Assembly (NCBI RefSeq): GCF_009914755.1
Contig: NC_060932.1
Length of the DNA stretch: 64,000 nt
Strand: one strand, 5' to 3'
From: the human T2T-CHM13v2.0 reference genome, Homo sapiens
Positions 43,948 through 57,870 of the stretch are shown here, piece by piece. The notes beneath the pieces are model-generated. The model searched no databases and was not told where the DNA came from. It was given only the letters and a program-made list of their open reading frames with translations. The translations under genes were made by a program, and so were the position numbers. The stretch's first letter is position 1, and each line of letters begins with the position of its first letter.

Positions 43948-44967
43948 TCACAGTTTGGTATGTTTTTGCAGTGGCTGGTACTGGTTTTTCCTTTCCACAT
44001 TTAGTCCTTCCTTCAGGAGCTCTTGTAAATCAGGCCTCATGGTGACAAAATCTCTCAGAATTTCCTTGTCTATAAATGATTTTATTTCTCCTTCACTTAT
44101 GATGCTTAGTTTGGCTGGATATGAAATTCTAGGTTGAAAATTCTTTTCTTTAAGAATGTCAAATATTGGCCCCCACTTTCTTCTGGCTTGTAGGGTTTCT
44201 GCAGAGAGTTCCACCGTTAGTCTAATGGGCTTCCCTTTGTGGGTAACCCAACCTTTCTTGCTGCCTACACTTAACATTTTTTCTTTCATTTCAATCTTGG
44301 TGAATCTGACGATTATATTTCTTGGGGTTGCTCTTCTCGAGGAGTATCTTTGTGGTGGTCTTTGTATTTCCTGTATTTGAATGTTGTCCTGTCTTGCTAG
44401 GTTGGGGAAGTCCTCCTGGATAATACCCTGAAGAGTGTTTTCCAACTTGGTTCCATTCTCCCTGTCACTTTCATGTACAGCAATCAAACATAGGTGTGGT
44501 CCTTTCACATAGTCCCATATTTATTGGAGGCTTTGTTCATTCCTTTTCATTCTTTTTTTCTCTAATCTTGTCTTCATGCTTTATTTCATTAAGTTGATCT
44601 TCAATCTCTGATATCCTTTCTTCCAATGGATCAATTTGGCTGATACTTGTGTATGCTTCATGAATTTCTCATGCTGTGTTTTTCAGCTTCATCAGGTCAT
44701 TTATGTTTTTCTCTAAACTGGTTATTCTAGTTAGCAATTCCTCCAGCCTTTTTTCAAGGTTCTTAGCTTCCCTGTATTGGGTTAGAATATGCTCCTTTAG
44801 CTTGGAGGAGTTTGTTATTGCCCACCTTCTGAAGCCTATTTCTGTCAATTTGTCAAACTCATTCTCTATCCAGTTTTGTTCCCTTGCTGGAGAACAATGA
44901 TCCTTTGGAAAATAAGAGGCATTCTGGTTTTTAAATTTTCAACCTTTTTGCATTGGTTTTTCCTTAT
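43948..44967 (-). pseudogene. Disrupted L1 ORF1p (start codon reads ATA; 186-aa open C-terminal part)
   Basis: ORF 43948-44508 has L1 ORF1p motifs RRATPRNIIVRF, KGKPIRLT, FQPRISYPAKLS; the upstream part is frame-disrupted. Confidence 0.9.
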
Positions 44968-45564
44968 CTTTGTGGATTTATCTACCAACGGTCTTTGATG
45001 TCGGTGACCTTCTGATGGGTTCCTGGGCACATACACCCTCTTAAAATAAACCAAGAAGAAGTTGAATCCCTGAATAGACCAATAACAAGTTCTGAAACTG
45101 AGGTAGTAATTAATAGTATACCAACCATAAAAAGACCAGGACCAGACAGATTCATAGCCAAACTCTATCAGAGGTACAAAGAGGAACTGGTACCATTCTT
45201 TCTAAAACTATTCCAAACAAGAGAAAAAGAGAGACTCCTCCCTAACTCATTTTATGAGGCCAGCATCATCCTGATACCAAAACCTGGCAGAGACACAACA
45301 AAAAAAAAGAACATTTCAGGCCAATATCCCTGATGAAGATCGATGTGAAAATTCTCAATAAAATACTGGCAAACCAAATCCAGCAGCGTTATCAAAAAGC
45401 TTATCCACCATGATCAAGTCGTCTTTATCCTTGGGATGCAAGGCTGGTTCAATATATGCAAATCAATAACCATAATCCATCACATAAAGAGAACTAATGA
45501 CAAAAACCACATGATTATCTCAATAGATGCATAAAAGGCCTTCGATAAAATTCAACAGCGCTTC

Positions 45565-46194
45565 ATGCTAAAAACTCTCAATAAACTAGGTATGCTGGAA
45601 GCATTCCCTTTGAAAACCAGCACAAGACAAGGATGCCCTCTCTCACTACTCGTATTCAACATAGTATTGGAAGTTCTGGCCAGGGAAATCAGGCAAGAGA
45701 AACAAATAAAGAGTATTCAAATGGGAAGGGAGAAAGTCAAATTGTCTCTGTTTGCAGATGACATGATTGTATATTTACAAAACCCCATTGTCTCAGCCCA
45801 AAAACTCTTTAAGCTGATAAGCAACTTCAGAAAAATCTCAGGATACAAAATCAATATGGAAAAATCACAATTGTTCCTATATACCAACAATAGACAAACA
45901 GAGAGCCAAATCATAAGTGAACTCCCATTCACAATTGCTACAAAGAAAATAAAATACCTAGGGATACAACTTACAAGGGATGTGAAGGATCTCTTCAAGG
46001 AGAACTACAAACCACTGCTCAAGGAAATAAGAGAAGACATAAACAAATGGAAAAACATTCCATGCTCATGGATAGGAAGAATCAATATCGTGAAAATGGC
46101 AATACTGCCCAAAGTAATTTATAGATTCAATGCTGTCCCCATCAAGCTACCATTGACTTTCTTCACAGAATTAAAAAAAACTACTTTAAATTTC
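45565..46194 (+). pseudogene. L1 ORF2p RT-domain remnant
   Basis: [28 protein letters not shown]; stop upstream, Alu insertion downstream. Confidence 0.92.
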
Positions 46195-46493
<299 letters not shown>

Positions 46494-47693
46494 TTAAATT
46501 TCATATGGAACCAAAAAAGAGTCCATATAGCCAAGACAATCCTCAGCAAAAAGAACAAAGCTGGAGGCACCACACTACCTGACTTCAAACTATAACTACA
46601 AGGTGACAGTAACCAAAACAGCATGGTACTGGTACCAAAACAGATATATTGACCAATGGAACAGAACAGAGTCCTCAGAAATAACACCACACATCTACAA
46701 CCATCTGATCTCTGACAAACCAGACAAAAATAAGCAATAGGGAAAGGATTCCTTATTTAATAAATGGTGTTGGGGAAACTGGCTAGCCATATGCAGAAAA
46801 GAGAAACTGGACCCATTCCTTACACCTTATACAAAAATTAACTCAAGGTGGGTTATAGACTTAAACCTAAAACCTAAAACCATAAAAACCCTAGATGAAA
46901 ACCTAGGCAATACTATTTAGGACATAGGTATGGACAAATACTTCATGAGTAAACACCAAAAGCAATTTCAACAAAAGCCAAAACTGACAAATGGGATCTA
47001 ATTAAACTAAAGAGCTTCTGCACAGCAAAAGAAACTATCATCAGAGTGAACAGGCAACCTATAGAATGGGAGAAAATTTTTGCAATGTATCCATCTGACA
47101 AAGGGCTAATATACAGAATCTACAAGGAACTTAAACAAATTTACAAGAAAAAACAAACAACCTCATCAAAAATTGGGTGAAGGATATGAACAGACACTTC
47201 TCAAAAGAAGACATGTATGCAGCCAACAAACATATTGAAAAAAGCTCATCATCACTTGTCATTAGGAAAATGCAAATCAAAACCACAATGATATACCATC
47301 TCATGTCAGTTAGAATGGCAATCATAAAAAGTCAGGAAACAACAGATGCTGGAGAGGATGTGGAGAAATAGGAACACTTTTACACTGTTGGTGGGAGTGT
47401 AAATTAGTTCAACCATTGTGGAAGACAGTGTGGTGATTCCTCAAGGATCTAGAACCAGAAATACCATTTGATCCAGCAATCTCATTACTGGGTATATACC
47501 CAAGGGATTATAAATCATTCTACTATAAAGACATGTGCACATGTATGTTTATTGCAGCACTGTTTACAACAGCAAAGACTTGGAACCAATCCAAATGTCC
47601 ATCAATGATAGACTAGATAAAGAAAATGTGGCACATATACACCATGGAATACTATGCAGCCAGAAAAAGAATGAGTTCATGTCCTTTGCTGGG

Positions 47694-48692
47694 TGTTGCA
47701 GGAAGTCAGGGATCCCGAATGGAGGGACCTGCTGAAGGCATGGCAGAAGAACAGAAATTGTGAAGATTTCATGGACATTTATTAGTTCCCCAAATTAATA
47801 CTCTTATAATTTCCTATGCCTGTCTTTAATCTCTTAATCCCGTTATCTTCGTAAGCTGAGGATGTATGTCACCTCAGGACCCTGTGATGATTGCGTTAAC
47901 TGCACAAATTGTTCATAAAGCATGTGTTTGAACAATATGAAATCTGGGCACCTTGAAAGAAGAACAGGATAACAGTGATGTTCAGGGAACAGGGGAGATA
48001 ACGATTAGGTCTGACTGCCTGGGATCTGGGCAGGACAGAGACATATTTCCCTTATTGCCCAAAATGGGTAAGAGAAATGTCGCTGAATTCTTTCCCCAGT
48101 AAGGAATATTAATAATTAACAGCCCTGGGAAAAGAATACATTCCCAGGAGGAAGCCTCTAAAATGGCCGCTCTAGGAGTATCTGCCTTATGCAGTTGCAG
48201 ATAAGAGATGAAACATGCCCTAGTCTCCTGCAGTGCCCCCAGGCTTGCTAGGATTAGGAAATTCCAGCCTAGTAAATCCTAGTCAGATGGGTTCTCTGCC
48301 CTTGAACCGTGTTTCCTGCTAAGATGTTTATCAATGACTATGTGTGCCCAGTGGGACATGGACCCTCATTAGCAATTCTGGTTTCACCCAGAACTTGTGA
48401 TATCACTCTGACCTTCTGCTTTGTGATATTTTATTGCCTTTGAAGCATGTGATCTCTGTGACCCACACCCTATTAGTACACTCCCTCTTTTTTGAACTCC
48501 ATAATAAAAACTTGCTGGTTTTGTGGCCTGGGGGGCATCACGGAACCTGCCGACATGTGATGCCTCCCCCAGACACCCAGCTTTAAAATTTCTCGCTTTT
48601 ATACTCTTTCTCTTTATTTCTCAGACCAGCTGACACTTAGGGAAAATAGAAAAGAATCTACATTGAAGTATCAGGTGCTGGTTCCCCTGAGA
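47694..48692 (+). mobile_element. MER11 solo LTR (ERVK, HERVK11/HML-8) nested in L1
   Basis: Start tgttgcaggaagtcagggatcccgaatggagggacc; end gctggttcccctgaga; AATAAA in the 3' part; 6-bp TSD gctggg at 47688-47693 and 48693-48698. Confidence 0.93.
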
Positions 48693-49949
48693 GCTGGGAC
48701 ATCAATGAAGCTGGAAACCATCACTCTCAGCAAACTAACACAGGAACAGAAAACCAAACACCATACGTTCTCACTTATAAGTGAGAGTTGAACAATGAGA
48801 ATACATGGATACAGGAAGGGGAACATCACACACCTGGGCCTGTTGGGGGGTGGAGGGTTAGGGGAGGCATAACATTAGGAGAAATATCTAATGTTGATGG
48901 CAGTTTGATGGTTGCAGCAAACCACCAAGGCATGTGTATTCCTATGTAACAAACCTGCACATTCTGCACACGTATCCCAGAACTTAAAGTATAATAAAAA
49001 AATTAAATATACCAAAATATAATTTTAAAAAGGCTTAAGTTAACAATTTAATGCTTAAATTAAATGCAATAAAAAGGCAACTTATCAGAAAAGTACCTCA
49101 GAGTAATTTGGTTATCACTTGTAATTCTAGACAATCTTTCTTTCTAGAAAAAATCAAATGAATATTGATGATCTGTTACAATTATTTTTGGAGATAGTTA
49201 TTCAACACTAAACATTGACTTAGAATGTTTCAATGCAAAAAGAATAAGGTGGGATCCTACGCTTAAGGAGCTTGCAGTCTTAAATGGATACAAACAGGCC
49301 CTTGTAATAATAGCCTATAAGTACTAAGATAAAAGTAATCAGGAGTTATGGAACCATAAAAGAATAGACATTTTCGCTACCCTGATTTTAGAGAAGGCAT
49401 CCTGGTGGTGATGTCAGAACTGAATCTCGAAAAGTCAGGATGCATAATCTTAGAATAGAAATTCAAAATGGACTTCTAGGCAGGGGGAAAGACACACTAA
49501 ACAGCACATTGAATACAGAAAAACTCTGGAATTCCCAGAACATCTAAGGTCGTTGGGATTTGGGGCAATTCTTTTGATGGTGCTGGGGATGTAAATAAAT
49601 GCCTATTCAAGGGGGTCATATATGATAGGCTACTACAGTTGTTGGATTTTTGTTTTTTTGTCAAGCTAAGGGGGGATACTTTGTGGATATCCAAAAGGCA
49701 CTTGACTTACCTATGTCTAGCTTTAAGGAGATCGATCCAGCTGCCATATACAGATGGATTTAAGAGAGTAATATGGTAAGCCTATATGCAAGACTACAGG
49801 AAGTCCAGTCTTATAACTTTTCTCATATACTATAAAATCCTTAAAAATGTAGCTGTTTTCACTTTCTACATATTTATTTGACAAATACAATTGTATATAT
49901 TTATTATGTACAACATGGTTTGAAATATCCATTTAGTTTAAATGCAGAG

Positions 49950-50300
49950 ACATTTATTCATTTATGTATATATTCAGTCACTCATTCAACCTACACTATG
50001 TATTAAAGAACTATGATGCACTCAACTCTATGAGAATAATCACACAGTTGTGAACCAGGCCCTCCTTCATGCACCTCACGTTACAGGGAGAGAGACAAAC
50101 AGGAAACAACCCAAACAAGTTGATTATATAATCATGAAACAACTGCTACAAAATAAAAGTATGGGGTGTCCTGAGGGTGTATATTTGGGGACTTACAACA
50201 TTTTGAGGAGTCATATTAGAAAGTACTGTTTTTTATTTTTAAACGAATTAAAGGCTCATTAATACAAGATAATGGAAGGCATGGTAAAGACAAAGCATGT
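49950..50300 (-). mobile_element. L2 3' remnant
   Basis: atttattcattt..cagtcactcattcaac tail then gggagagagacaaac. Confidence 0.55.
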
Positions 50301-51062
50301 TAAAAATCTGGACTAAACAGCATTTTTTAAAGACATTAAATTGCATTTCTTTCAAATGTATCTAACAACCAAAGTGTTAACATTTTCTTACAATCCTATA
50401 AATATGTTTCTATGAATTGTTAAGAATTATTGTGAACAGGTTGTAGCCCTTGGTATGAAAATGATGCTGCTAAGCAATTTTTAAAGTAACTTGAAACAGG
50501 TTCTTTTTAGGTAGATTTACTGTTTTCTGCACTCCAATCTTTTTATTTTACTGAAGGGCTTAACAAATCCTTGGTGATATGAAGGCAGCATAATAGCCAA
50601 CCGTTTCCCAAAATAATGAGGTTTCATTAGAAACTTTTTCCTGCTTAACAACAAGTAGAATATTCCCCTAAAGTGGCATTCAAGACCTTTACAAAGGGAA
50701 ATAAAGGAAAGAGAAAAAGGAACAAATTCTTCCCGATTAGGAGACTACTGCTGGGAATTGGGTCAGTGAATCCTAGGATATGAGAAACACTTATTTACAG
50801 GAGAGTCTATTTCTCTATGCAAAATAATAATATTTTTAAAAAATATTATTGATTAATTCCAGGAACAAACATAATATTGTACAGAATGTCAACTGTCAAG
50901 GTCCCTGATCCCTAATTGAGTTTATTTTACTCATTCCTTTTTCTGGGAGACTGGTAGGTAGAATGGTATAATTATATCAATCTAAGAAAAAATTCTGAAA
51001 ATCAAAAAGAAATCAGAAATAGGGAAGCCTTAGCATAAAACTATCATTCAGAGCTATACAGA

Positions 51063-51633
51063 TGTGAAAGGACAAGAAAATCTCAGGACCCCAGAGTCTT
51101 TATGTCAAAAGGAAAAATTAAGCTTGGAAACTGAGTCTCAAGCAAAAATCTGCCTTTCCTTTTGTTACTAACCAGCAACAAGATACAAGACCACATGTCT
51201 CCCCAGGTAGCTTCCTTCACCCTGACAATGTAAATTAACAGCTTCTCTTTGCAGGTAAGAGACAAAGATAAGACTAGAAATCATCCCTTGCCCACCCTTG
51301 AGAAAAATGCAGATTTACTGAGCATGACAATGCATAAATGACTGTTTCCCTACAAGCTTCCTTTGCACATGGATTCTGTAAAAGCTCATTAAAGCCTCAT
51401 AGGAATGTGTCCCCTTATTTCACTACCTACTCTACTTTCTTTGCTTTCCTCTTTTCCCCTCCTTCCCACTCTTTTCCCTTTATTTATTGAAGATCTCAAG
51501 ATCCCCTTTGGAAAGCGTGTGAACCACAGATCCTACTGTGGCTTGTGTCTCATTTTCTTGGGCACATCCTCAATCTTGACAAAATAAACCTCTAAATTAA
51601 TTGAGACTTGTCTCAGACACTCTTCGGTTTACA
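51063..51633 (+). mobile_element. MER4-group solo LTR (ERV1)
   Basis: tgtgaaagga..aaatctcaggacccca start; aaaataaacctctaaatt..ttgagac..gtctcaga...ggtttaca end. Confidence 0.88.
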
Positions 51634-51917
51634 TTGAACAAATACATTTGTCCTAAATTATGTAGACACTGGATGGCAAAAGAAAATGAATCCATCCTTT
51701 ATCTGCCACACTGAAACAAGTTGAATGACACTTAAGAAACTTTTGATGCCCATAAACAGGTTAAAGACTTTTCATAACAGGAACTCCAAGAAATAATTTC
51801 TTTAGCCTAATAAGTTGACAGGCAAATTAGCTGAATCAGATCTCTCAAAATTCTAAATAAGAAAAAATACACAAAAGCTCATATTTAAGATTGAGAAGTG
51901 AAATATAAATGTCAAAA

Positions 51918-52247
51918 TCAGATGCTGCATTCTGAAAAGCACACAGTGGGCCCACCTGGTAAATGTGAAGGGAGTGGTGAATAAAAGGGAGGGGTTGTGT
52001 GGCCATCTGGCAAGCAGATGTCCAGGATAAAGGAGCACACTTTTGCTTAAAATGTTCACACATATCTGAACCCCAGGCCAAGTTTTGCCCGATCTTCCAA
52101 TTTTTCAAAGAGAAACTGAGAATTTGGATGTTTACATGAAATCTTCGATTTTCAAATATTGACAAATGATTTAAAATATATCAACCTATAATAGCCAAAT
52201 AAATATGAGCTACTTCTGGAATATAAATCGTTGGTTTGTAATGTCTG
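51918..52247 (-). mobile_element. MER102-like hAT-Charlie element
   Basis: gatcttccaatttttcaaagagaa, gaatttggatgtttacatgaaatct, gtttgtaatgtctg. Confidence 0.75.
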
Positions 52248-52469
52248 ATTCATATATTCTTTTTGATGTGAAATTAAAATAAGTAGGTTATTATTTCAAT
52301 GGAGTAAGAGAGCTAGAAAACATAATTGCAAACTGATACTTGAGGGACATGATGGCAGTGAACCATTTCAGTGCTTCTAATTTACAAATAGGTAGTGTTT
52401 TTCTAACAAATAGTTTAAAAAATAAAAATCACTTACCAACTTATTAATTTTATTCTCTTCCTCAATACC

Positions 52470-52740
52470 ACTTTTTAGAATTTTTTTGTAATAATTTTAG
52501 AGTCACAGAGAAGTAAAAATTGTACAGAGAGTTCCCATATTCTCTTAACCCAGTTCCCTTGAATGTTAACATCTCTTACAAAATCATGGTACATTTGTCA
52601 AAACTAAGAAATTACCCTTAGTATACTGCTGTACCAGTCTTTATTGGATTTTCGTCAGTTTTATACATGTTTTTTAAATAATGCCCTTTTCTCTTCCAGG
52701 ATATTGTAATTATTTCATATGTCTGTTTAGTCTCCTTCAA
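52470..52740 (-). mobile_element. L1MC-type 3' end
   Basis: aataattttagagtcacaga, gtacagagagttcccatat, catggtacatttgtcaaaactaagaaatt. Confidence 0.8.
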
Positions 52741-53346
52741 TGCAAATTAATATTTTGCCAATTGTCACTTTTTTTGTATGTGAGATTAGTATAAAAAATC
52801 AGTACCTTAATAAAACCAATGTGGAACAAGGTTGAGCACGAGTTTCTGAGCTGGCAATGTTTGGGGCCAGACACTAAACAGGCTGAAGTCTCTAAGGTAA
52901 TAGTATGCCACAGAGCCCTTGGTTAAATCTGTCTGCATCACCAGTAAGTATCTTTGTAGTTAAAATTCTCACAGATTCCTTTTCAAGACTGTAGTTAACA
53001 TCTTAAAAGTATGCCACAGGGTGTTTTAACCTGGACACAGTAAAACAGTGCTTTAGAAGTCAAGAAACAGAAACTGCACTGAGCTATTCAAGATGCCAAG
53101 TTATCTCCTTACTCTATCTTTTCAAACAATGTACAGACCTTATTCTCAGAGCAAAATACAATTGCAGTATGTGAGAGTATCACTCTCAGTTTTACAAGTA
53201 GTCAACTAACCCATTAGTATCAACCCATGTGAGTGATAAAAAATAGTGAACTTCCTACTTTTGCTTCTTCTATGACTCTTAGCAGACTAAAAATACTAGA
53301 TAGCCTTGTTTGTGTTTATGCAGATTTCTCAATTATCAGATTCATG

Positions 53347-53586
53347 TAGGGTTTTTCGGCCTCCACACTACTGACATTTTGGATTAGATAATTGTTTTGT
53401 TATAGAGGGATGTCTTGTGCATTGCAGAATGCTTAGCAACATTCCTGTCTTCTACCCACCAGATGCCAGTGGCACATCCTTTCCCCCACAATTGAGGGGG
53501 AGTTGTGACAATCAAACTTGTTCCCAGACATTGCCAAATGTCTCCCAGCTGTCAGAATCCAGCCCCTTTCCCATTAAGAGCCACTA
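53347..53586 (-). mobile_element. MER20 hAT DNA transposon
   Basis: cactactgacattttgg, tgtgcattgcagaatg, ctacccac.agatgccagt, ccagacattgccaaatgt. Confidence 0.9.
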
Positions 53587-54289
53587 ATTTAGGGGGACAT
53601 CTTTTTTTTTTTCCACCTAATCTCTTTAATTTTTGCTTATCTCCTTTGTTTCTTTTTACTTGGTACTTTACCAAAAAGTTTGGGTAAAAGAGAAATTATG
53701 GGAATCAAGTATAAACTTCAGCTTCCATTGCAGTGGGAACTGATCATATTAAAGCTATAATAGATGATTGTTTTTACACTCAAGAAAGAAATAAAAATGT
53801 TGTTAGCATAAATTAAATACCTTTTTTTTCCAGGACCTTCTTATCATTTATCTAATTCCTACAAGTATTTGAGGATTTTATTAGTTATGCCTCTGGAAAG
53901 CTGTCCCTGAGAGACCCAATCCCAGTCCACTCTAAGGGTCCCTCCCCTGTGTTCTCATTTTGTTTATCTCTAAAAGCTATCTTATTATGTACAAATATCT
54001 TACTTCTACTGCCTTTTCTTCCTTGGTATACTGTGAGCCTCTTGAGGACAATTACCACATCTTATTCCTGACTGGTCCTTGATTTATCCTGTAAGCAATC
54101 AGTAAGTGTTTACTGAGTGATTGACAGTCATAGGAAATGTCCTGATTAAGATACCAAACTGGGAGATCTGAGATGCCAAGTAGCAGAATGACAGTACTGA
54201 CTCTGTGGAGGTGAAACAGAGGAGCCTTCTAAGAAAGATTGAGCTGCAATAGTCATAGAGTTGGCTAAATATATGTACACAAATAGCCA

Positions 54290-54317
54290 GTATATATATA
54301 TATATACATATATATAT
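54290..54317. repeat. (TA)n microsatellite
   Basis: Direct reading. Confidence 0.85.
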
Positions 54318-55600
54318 TTACGATGAACTATATGCTACTATAGTTGATGAACTAATGCCAATCACAAAATAAAATATCATGAAATATTTAAGGTAATGCT
54401 GTAAGACTTGCCACTGAAAAAGTTGTCAAGCTCTTGAAATATATGTAATTCCTCCATACTAAAACTACTCCTGACTTCATGTTCTTTTGTGGATATGAGA
54501 TTCAAACCCTCTCTGAGGCCAGAGTCTAAGCTTTAAAAAACACTGTGTAATAAAAGTTTGCTGTATAACCACAATTAATGACAATGATGCTGGGTTTTTG
54601 CTTGTTTGTTTGTTTACTGCTTTATTCTCAATAGCTTGTGTAGTCTTCATATCTATTTAGTTGTACAAATTATGTCAAGAAAGAGATTGGCATTCTCAAT
54701 GTTCCTTTATGGTCATGTGATTGGAGGAACAAATTTCTTACTTGTAAGCACATCTAACAATGAAGAGTTCACTATCTGTTCATCATCCTAGGAAGACAGA
54801 GTTTCACTATGTCTGGGCTGTCGAGTTACCCCAGGAAATAAAGGTCAGTGATGAATCTTTTCTGCTAAGAGGTCACTACTATATGACTATCTTAAGGCAC
54901 TGAAATACATGTTCCTAAATATTTTTAGAGAAATCACCTCTTTTTACATTTATTAAATAGTAAATATTCTATATTACCCAATCCGAAAGATGTGACTTCC
55001 ATATATTCAAAATATCAGGATTCTGTGGTTTTACTTGTTTGTTTTTTTCTGATGTTGATTTAGGATAAACATTAAGAGTAATTTTAAATAAATCTTTAAT
55101 ATAAATATCATAGAAATTTATCTCTGAAACTCTGAAACCAAATTGCTTAGTAAAAAAATTGTTTGACATTGTGTCTGTACATGTGTAACTCATATGTATT
55201 CATTTAATGACATATCAAATATAAATGTTAAGTCATTTTTCTTTTTTGCCTTTTGAAATGTTTCTTCTGTCTTTTTCTTTTTTTTTCTTTTTCTGAAAAG
55301 AAAATGAGCAAATTTTTAAAGTCTAAAGAAGGCTAGATCAGTTGTTTGCTCAAAATATGTTCCTGTTATCTTGTGTCGTAGAATTCTTTACTTTCAAGCA
55401 ATTCCTATCCTGAGAAATGTGCTGAAGTGTTCAATGCTATAGTGTGAATTAGCTGTGCTATCCCTACAGATGATGGCAAACACAAATATTCATAGTGAGG
55501 GTGTACTACATACTAGATATTATTTTTAGAGCTTTGCCTATTTTATAGTATTTAATAATTTAGAGCAAAACAACAAAACATAGCACCTGTGAGATAAATA

Positions 55601-55904
55601 TAGTTGTCCTATTATATTCTTGGAGAACTGGTGCCAGAACTCCCCTTGGATACCAAAATCTGAGGATGCTCAAGTTCCTTATAAAATGTGGTAGTATTTA
55701 CATACAAATGGTGCACACTCCCCTGTATACCTTAAATCATCTCTAGAATACTTATATAATGACTGATACAATGTAAATGCTATATAAATAATTGTTATAC
55801 TCTCTTGGTTTTTAAATATGTATTATTTTTATTATTACATATTTTTTTTCCTGAAAATTTTTGATCCATGGTTGGTTGAACTTGCGGATTTGGAGGGCTG
55901 ACTG
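55601..55904 (+). mobile_element. MER2 (TcMar-Tigger)
   Basis: ggataccaaaatc..ggatgctcaagt, taaatcatctctaga, gttggttgaa..ggagggctgactg; TA on both flanks. Confidence 0.9.
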
Positions 55905-55906
55905 TA

Positions 55907-56120
55907 TGGTTTAAGTGGACCTTGAGTGCATGGTCCAAATCTTGGCTCTACTTTCAAGTTGACCAAAATGAGTCACTGAATCTCTCTGTACCTCAGTCTC
56001 CTCACTGGTAAAATGAGGTAAAATAGCACTTCATAGGTTTGTTGAGATCAAATTAATTTATACAGTTAAAGCTCACCTATCATATAGTAAGCACTGTATA
56101 AGTGTTTGTTGTTACAATTA
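55907..56120 (+). mobile_element. MIR
   Basis: agtcactgaatctctctgtacctcagtctcctcact.gtaaaatg core. Confidence 0.8.
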
Positions 56121-57322
56121 TTTGTTTTTTTTTTTTTTTGAATAGTATAAAAGAATGTAACTGGGATTAGAGAAGTTAAATAACTCACCCATGCTCATTT
56201 GAACCCAGGACAGCTACAAAACAAAGTCCAAGCTCTTATCTTGTATGCTATAAATATTCATTCAATTTTTAACAATTCTGGTTTACTTTTGAGGTAATCT
56301 AATAGAGTATTAAAGAAAAAATATTACAATTAGTCATTGCAGCTCTTTTTATCTGCAACACGAATATATATTAATGTAAGTACTATTATGTAACTACTTA
56401 TATACATTTGTAGTATGTGATTTTTTTCATGTTTAAACAGATAAAACTATTTCTTATTAACATGTCATTTTTACCAATATTTAGACACCTTTCTTAATTC
56501 CCTGGTCCTTTAAGAGCAAAGTTTTACAAATATGTAATGCATAAGTTTTTTCACATTTTCTGTGTATTATTTTATAGTATGGATAGTGCATACCACTTTA
56601 AAGATCATGTAGCCTGAAAGAATAAATGGTTGATTACTTAAACTATTTGATACTAGTCTTTATGCAAAAAAAAAAAACTTGAATGATCCAAGAACTTAGG
56701 ATTGTCGTAAATTTTTCACAGCATTTAGACTATCACCCAAAAGATGGTACTAATAAAATAACATTTATTTAGTCCATAAATCAACTCAGTTAGTATTCTA
56801 CTTGGTAATTAAATCCTATTAGTCAGTGAAAAATGTTTACATAATGCCTTCCTGGGTGGGAAGCTGTCCAACATTATTACTTCCTGCAATAAACCACAGC
56901 AAATTGTTTCAGGAAATATTTCCCCTACGTACATATATAACCATAGAACAGAAACAACAACAAAAATAACAAATATAAATCTTGGGAGAAATTGTCTTTG
57001 ATGTCTATTCCTGAGAAACATATCAGTGATTTCACCATTCCCTGGAGATTAGCACAAACAATGTCCTTGAGGTTTAGGGAAATAATCTGAATTCCCTTTG
57101 GGATTATGGCCATACACAGAAACAAGTGGAAATGAAACAGAGATGTTTGCTATCCTTGTGTTTCCTGTAGGTCATTCTCTAGGGACATAAATTTCTGAAT
57201 GTTCCTCAAGCACGGATAATCGAATCATTGGACTCCAAGCAAAAGGTTAAGTGGAGATTGATAGGATCTGGCTAACGTAGGCTTAAAGCCAATGGAGTGC
57301 TAGGAGGCCCCACAAAATTACC

Positions 57323-57870
57323 TGTCTTAGACTACGTTACTCAGAAACTATGCATGAATCAAAGACTTATGTGTGAAGGATTTTGCTGGTAATATGATCT
57401 CAAGGAGCAGCAATGGGGAACAGGTGAGGCGTTGAAACAAGCCCGGAATGTAGGAAAGCCAATACATGCATGTGCCATCCAATGTGCTACCACTCTGAGT
57501 AATTTTAGTTTGATTCTACAGAAACCTCCAATGAAACTTGTAAAATTCCTCTCAGAAAAACAGAGGAAACTGCAGAAGAAAGAAAGATGCATTTATTTGT
57601 TCGTTCATATCGCTTTGTAGGTTAAGAATTGACTCATAAAATATGAGCACTTGTGTAATTTCTGTTAGCGCCTGTGTAAAGGCCACTCACGTTCACAGAT
57701 TTTTCTTTCCCAGGTGTCAGAGAGTCCATAGGGCAGGAAGCAAGATGCAGAAGTCTACAGAGGCATGATGAGGTGCACCTGCATGAAACTTAACTGGTCA
57801 CCACAGCGTTGACTGGAATAAGAGATGAGGCCAAGAGGACTTATGGAGTGTACAAGAGACTTTGGACACA
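57323..57870 (-). mobile_element. LTR16-family LTR (ERVL)
   Basis: tgtcttag..gtt..cagaaac (antisense LTR16 end), gatctcaaggagcag, ggaaagccaata. Confidence 0.7.

Noticed and set aside
54118-54127. Exact PBX-MEIS site TGATTGACAG
   Set aside because: Isolated 10-mer at a decayed L2 tail with no supporting context
57171-57245. Possible 75-bp plus-strand exon
   Set aside because: Stops in all frames and a weak donor (AAG|gttaag)
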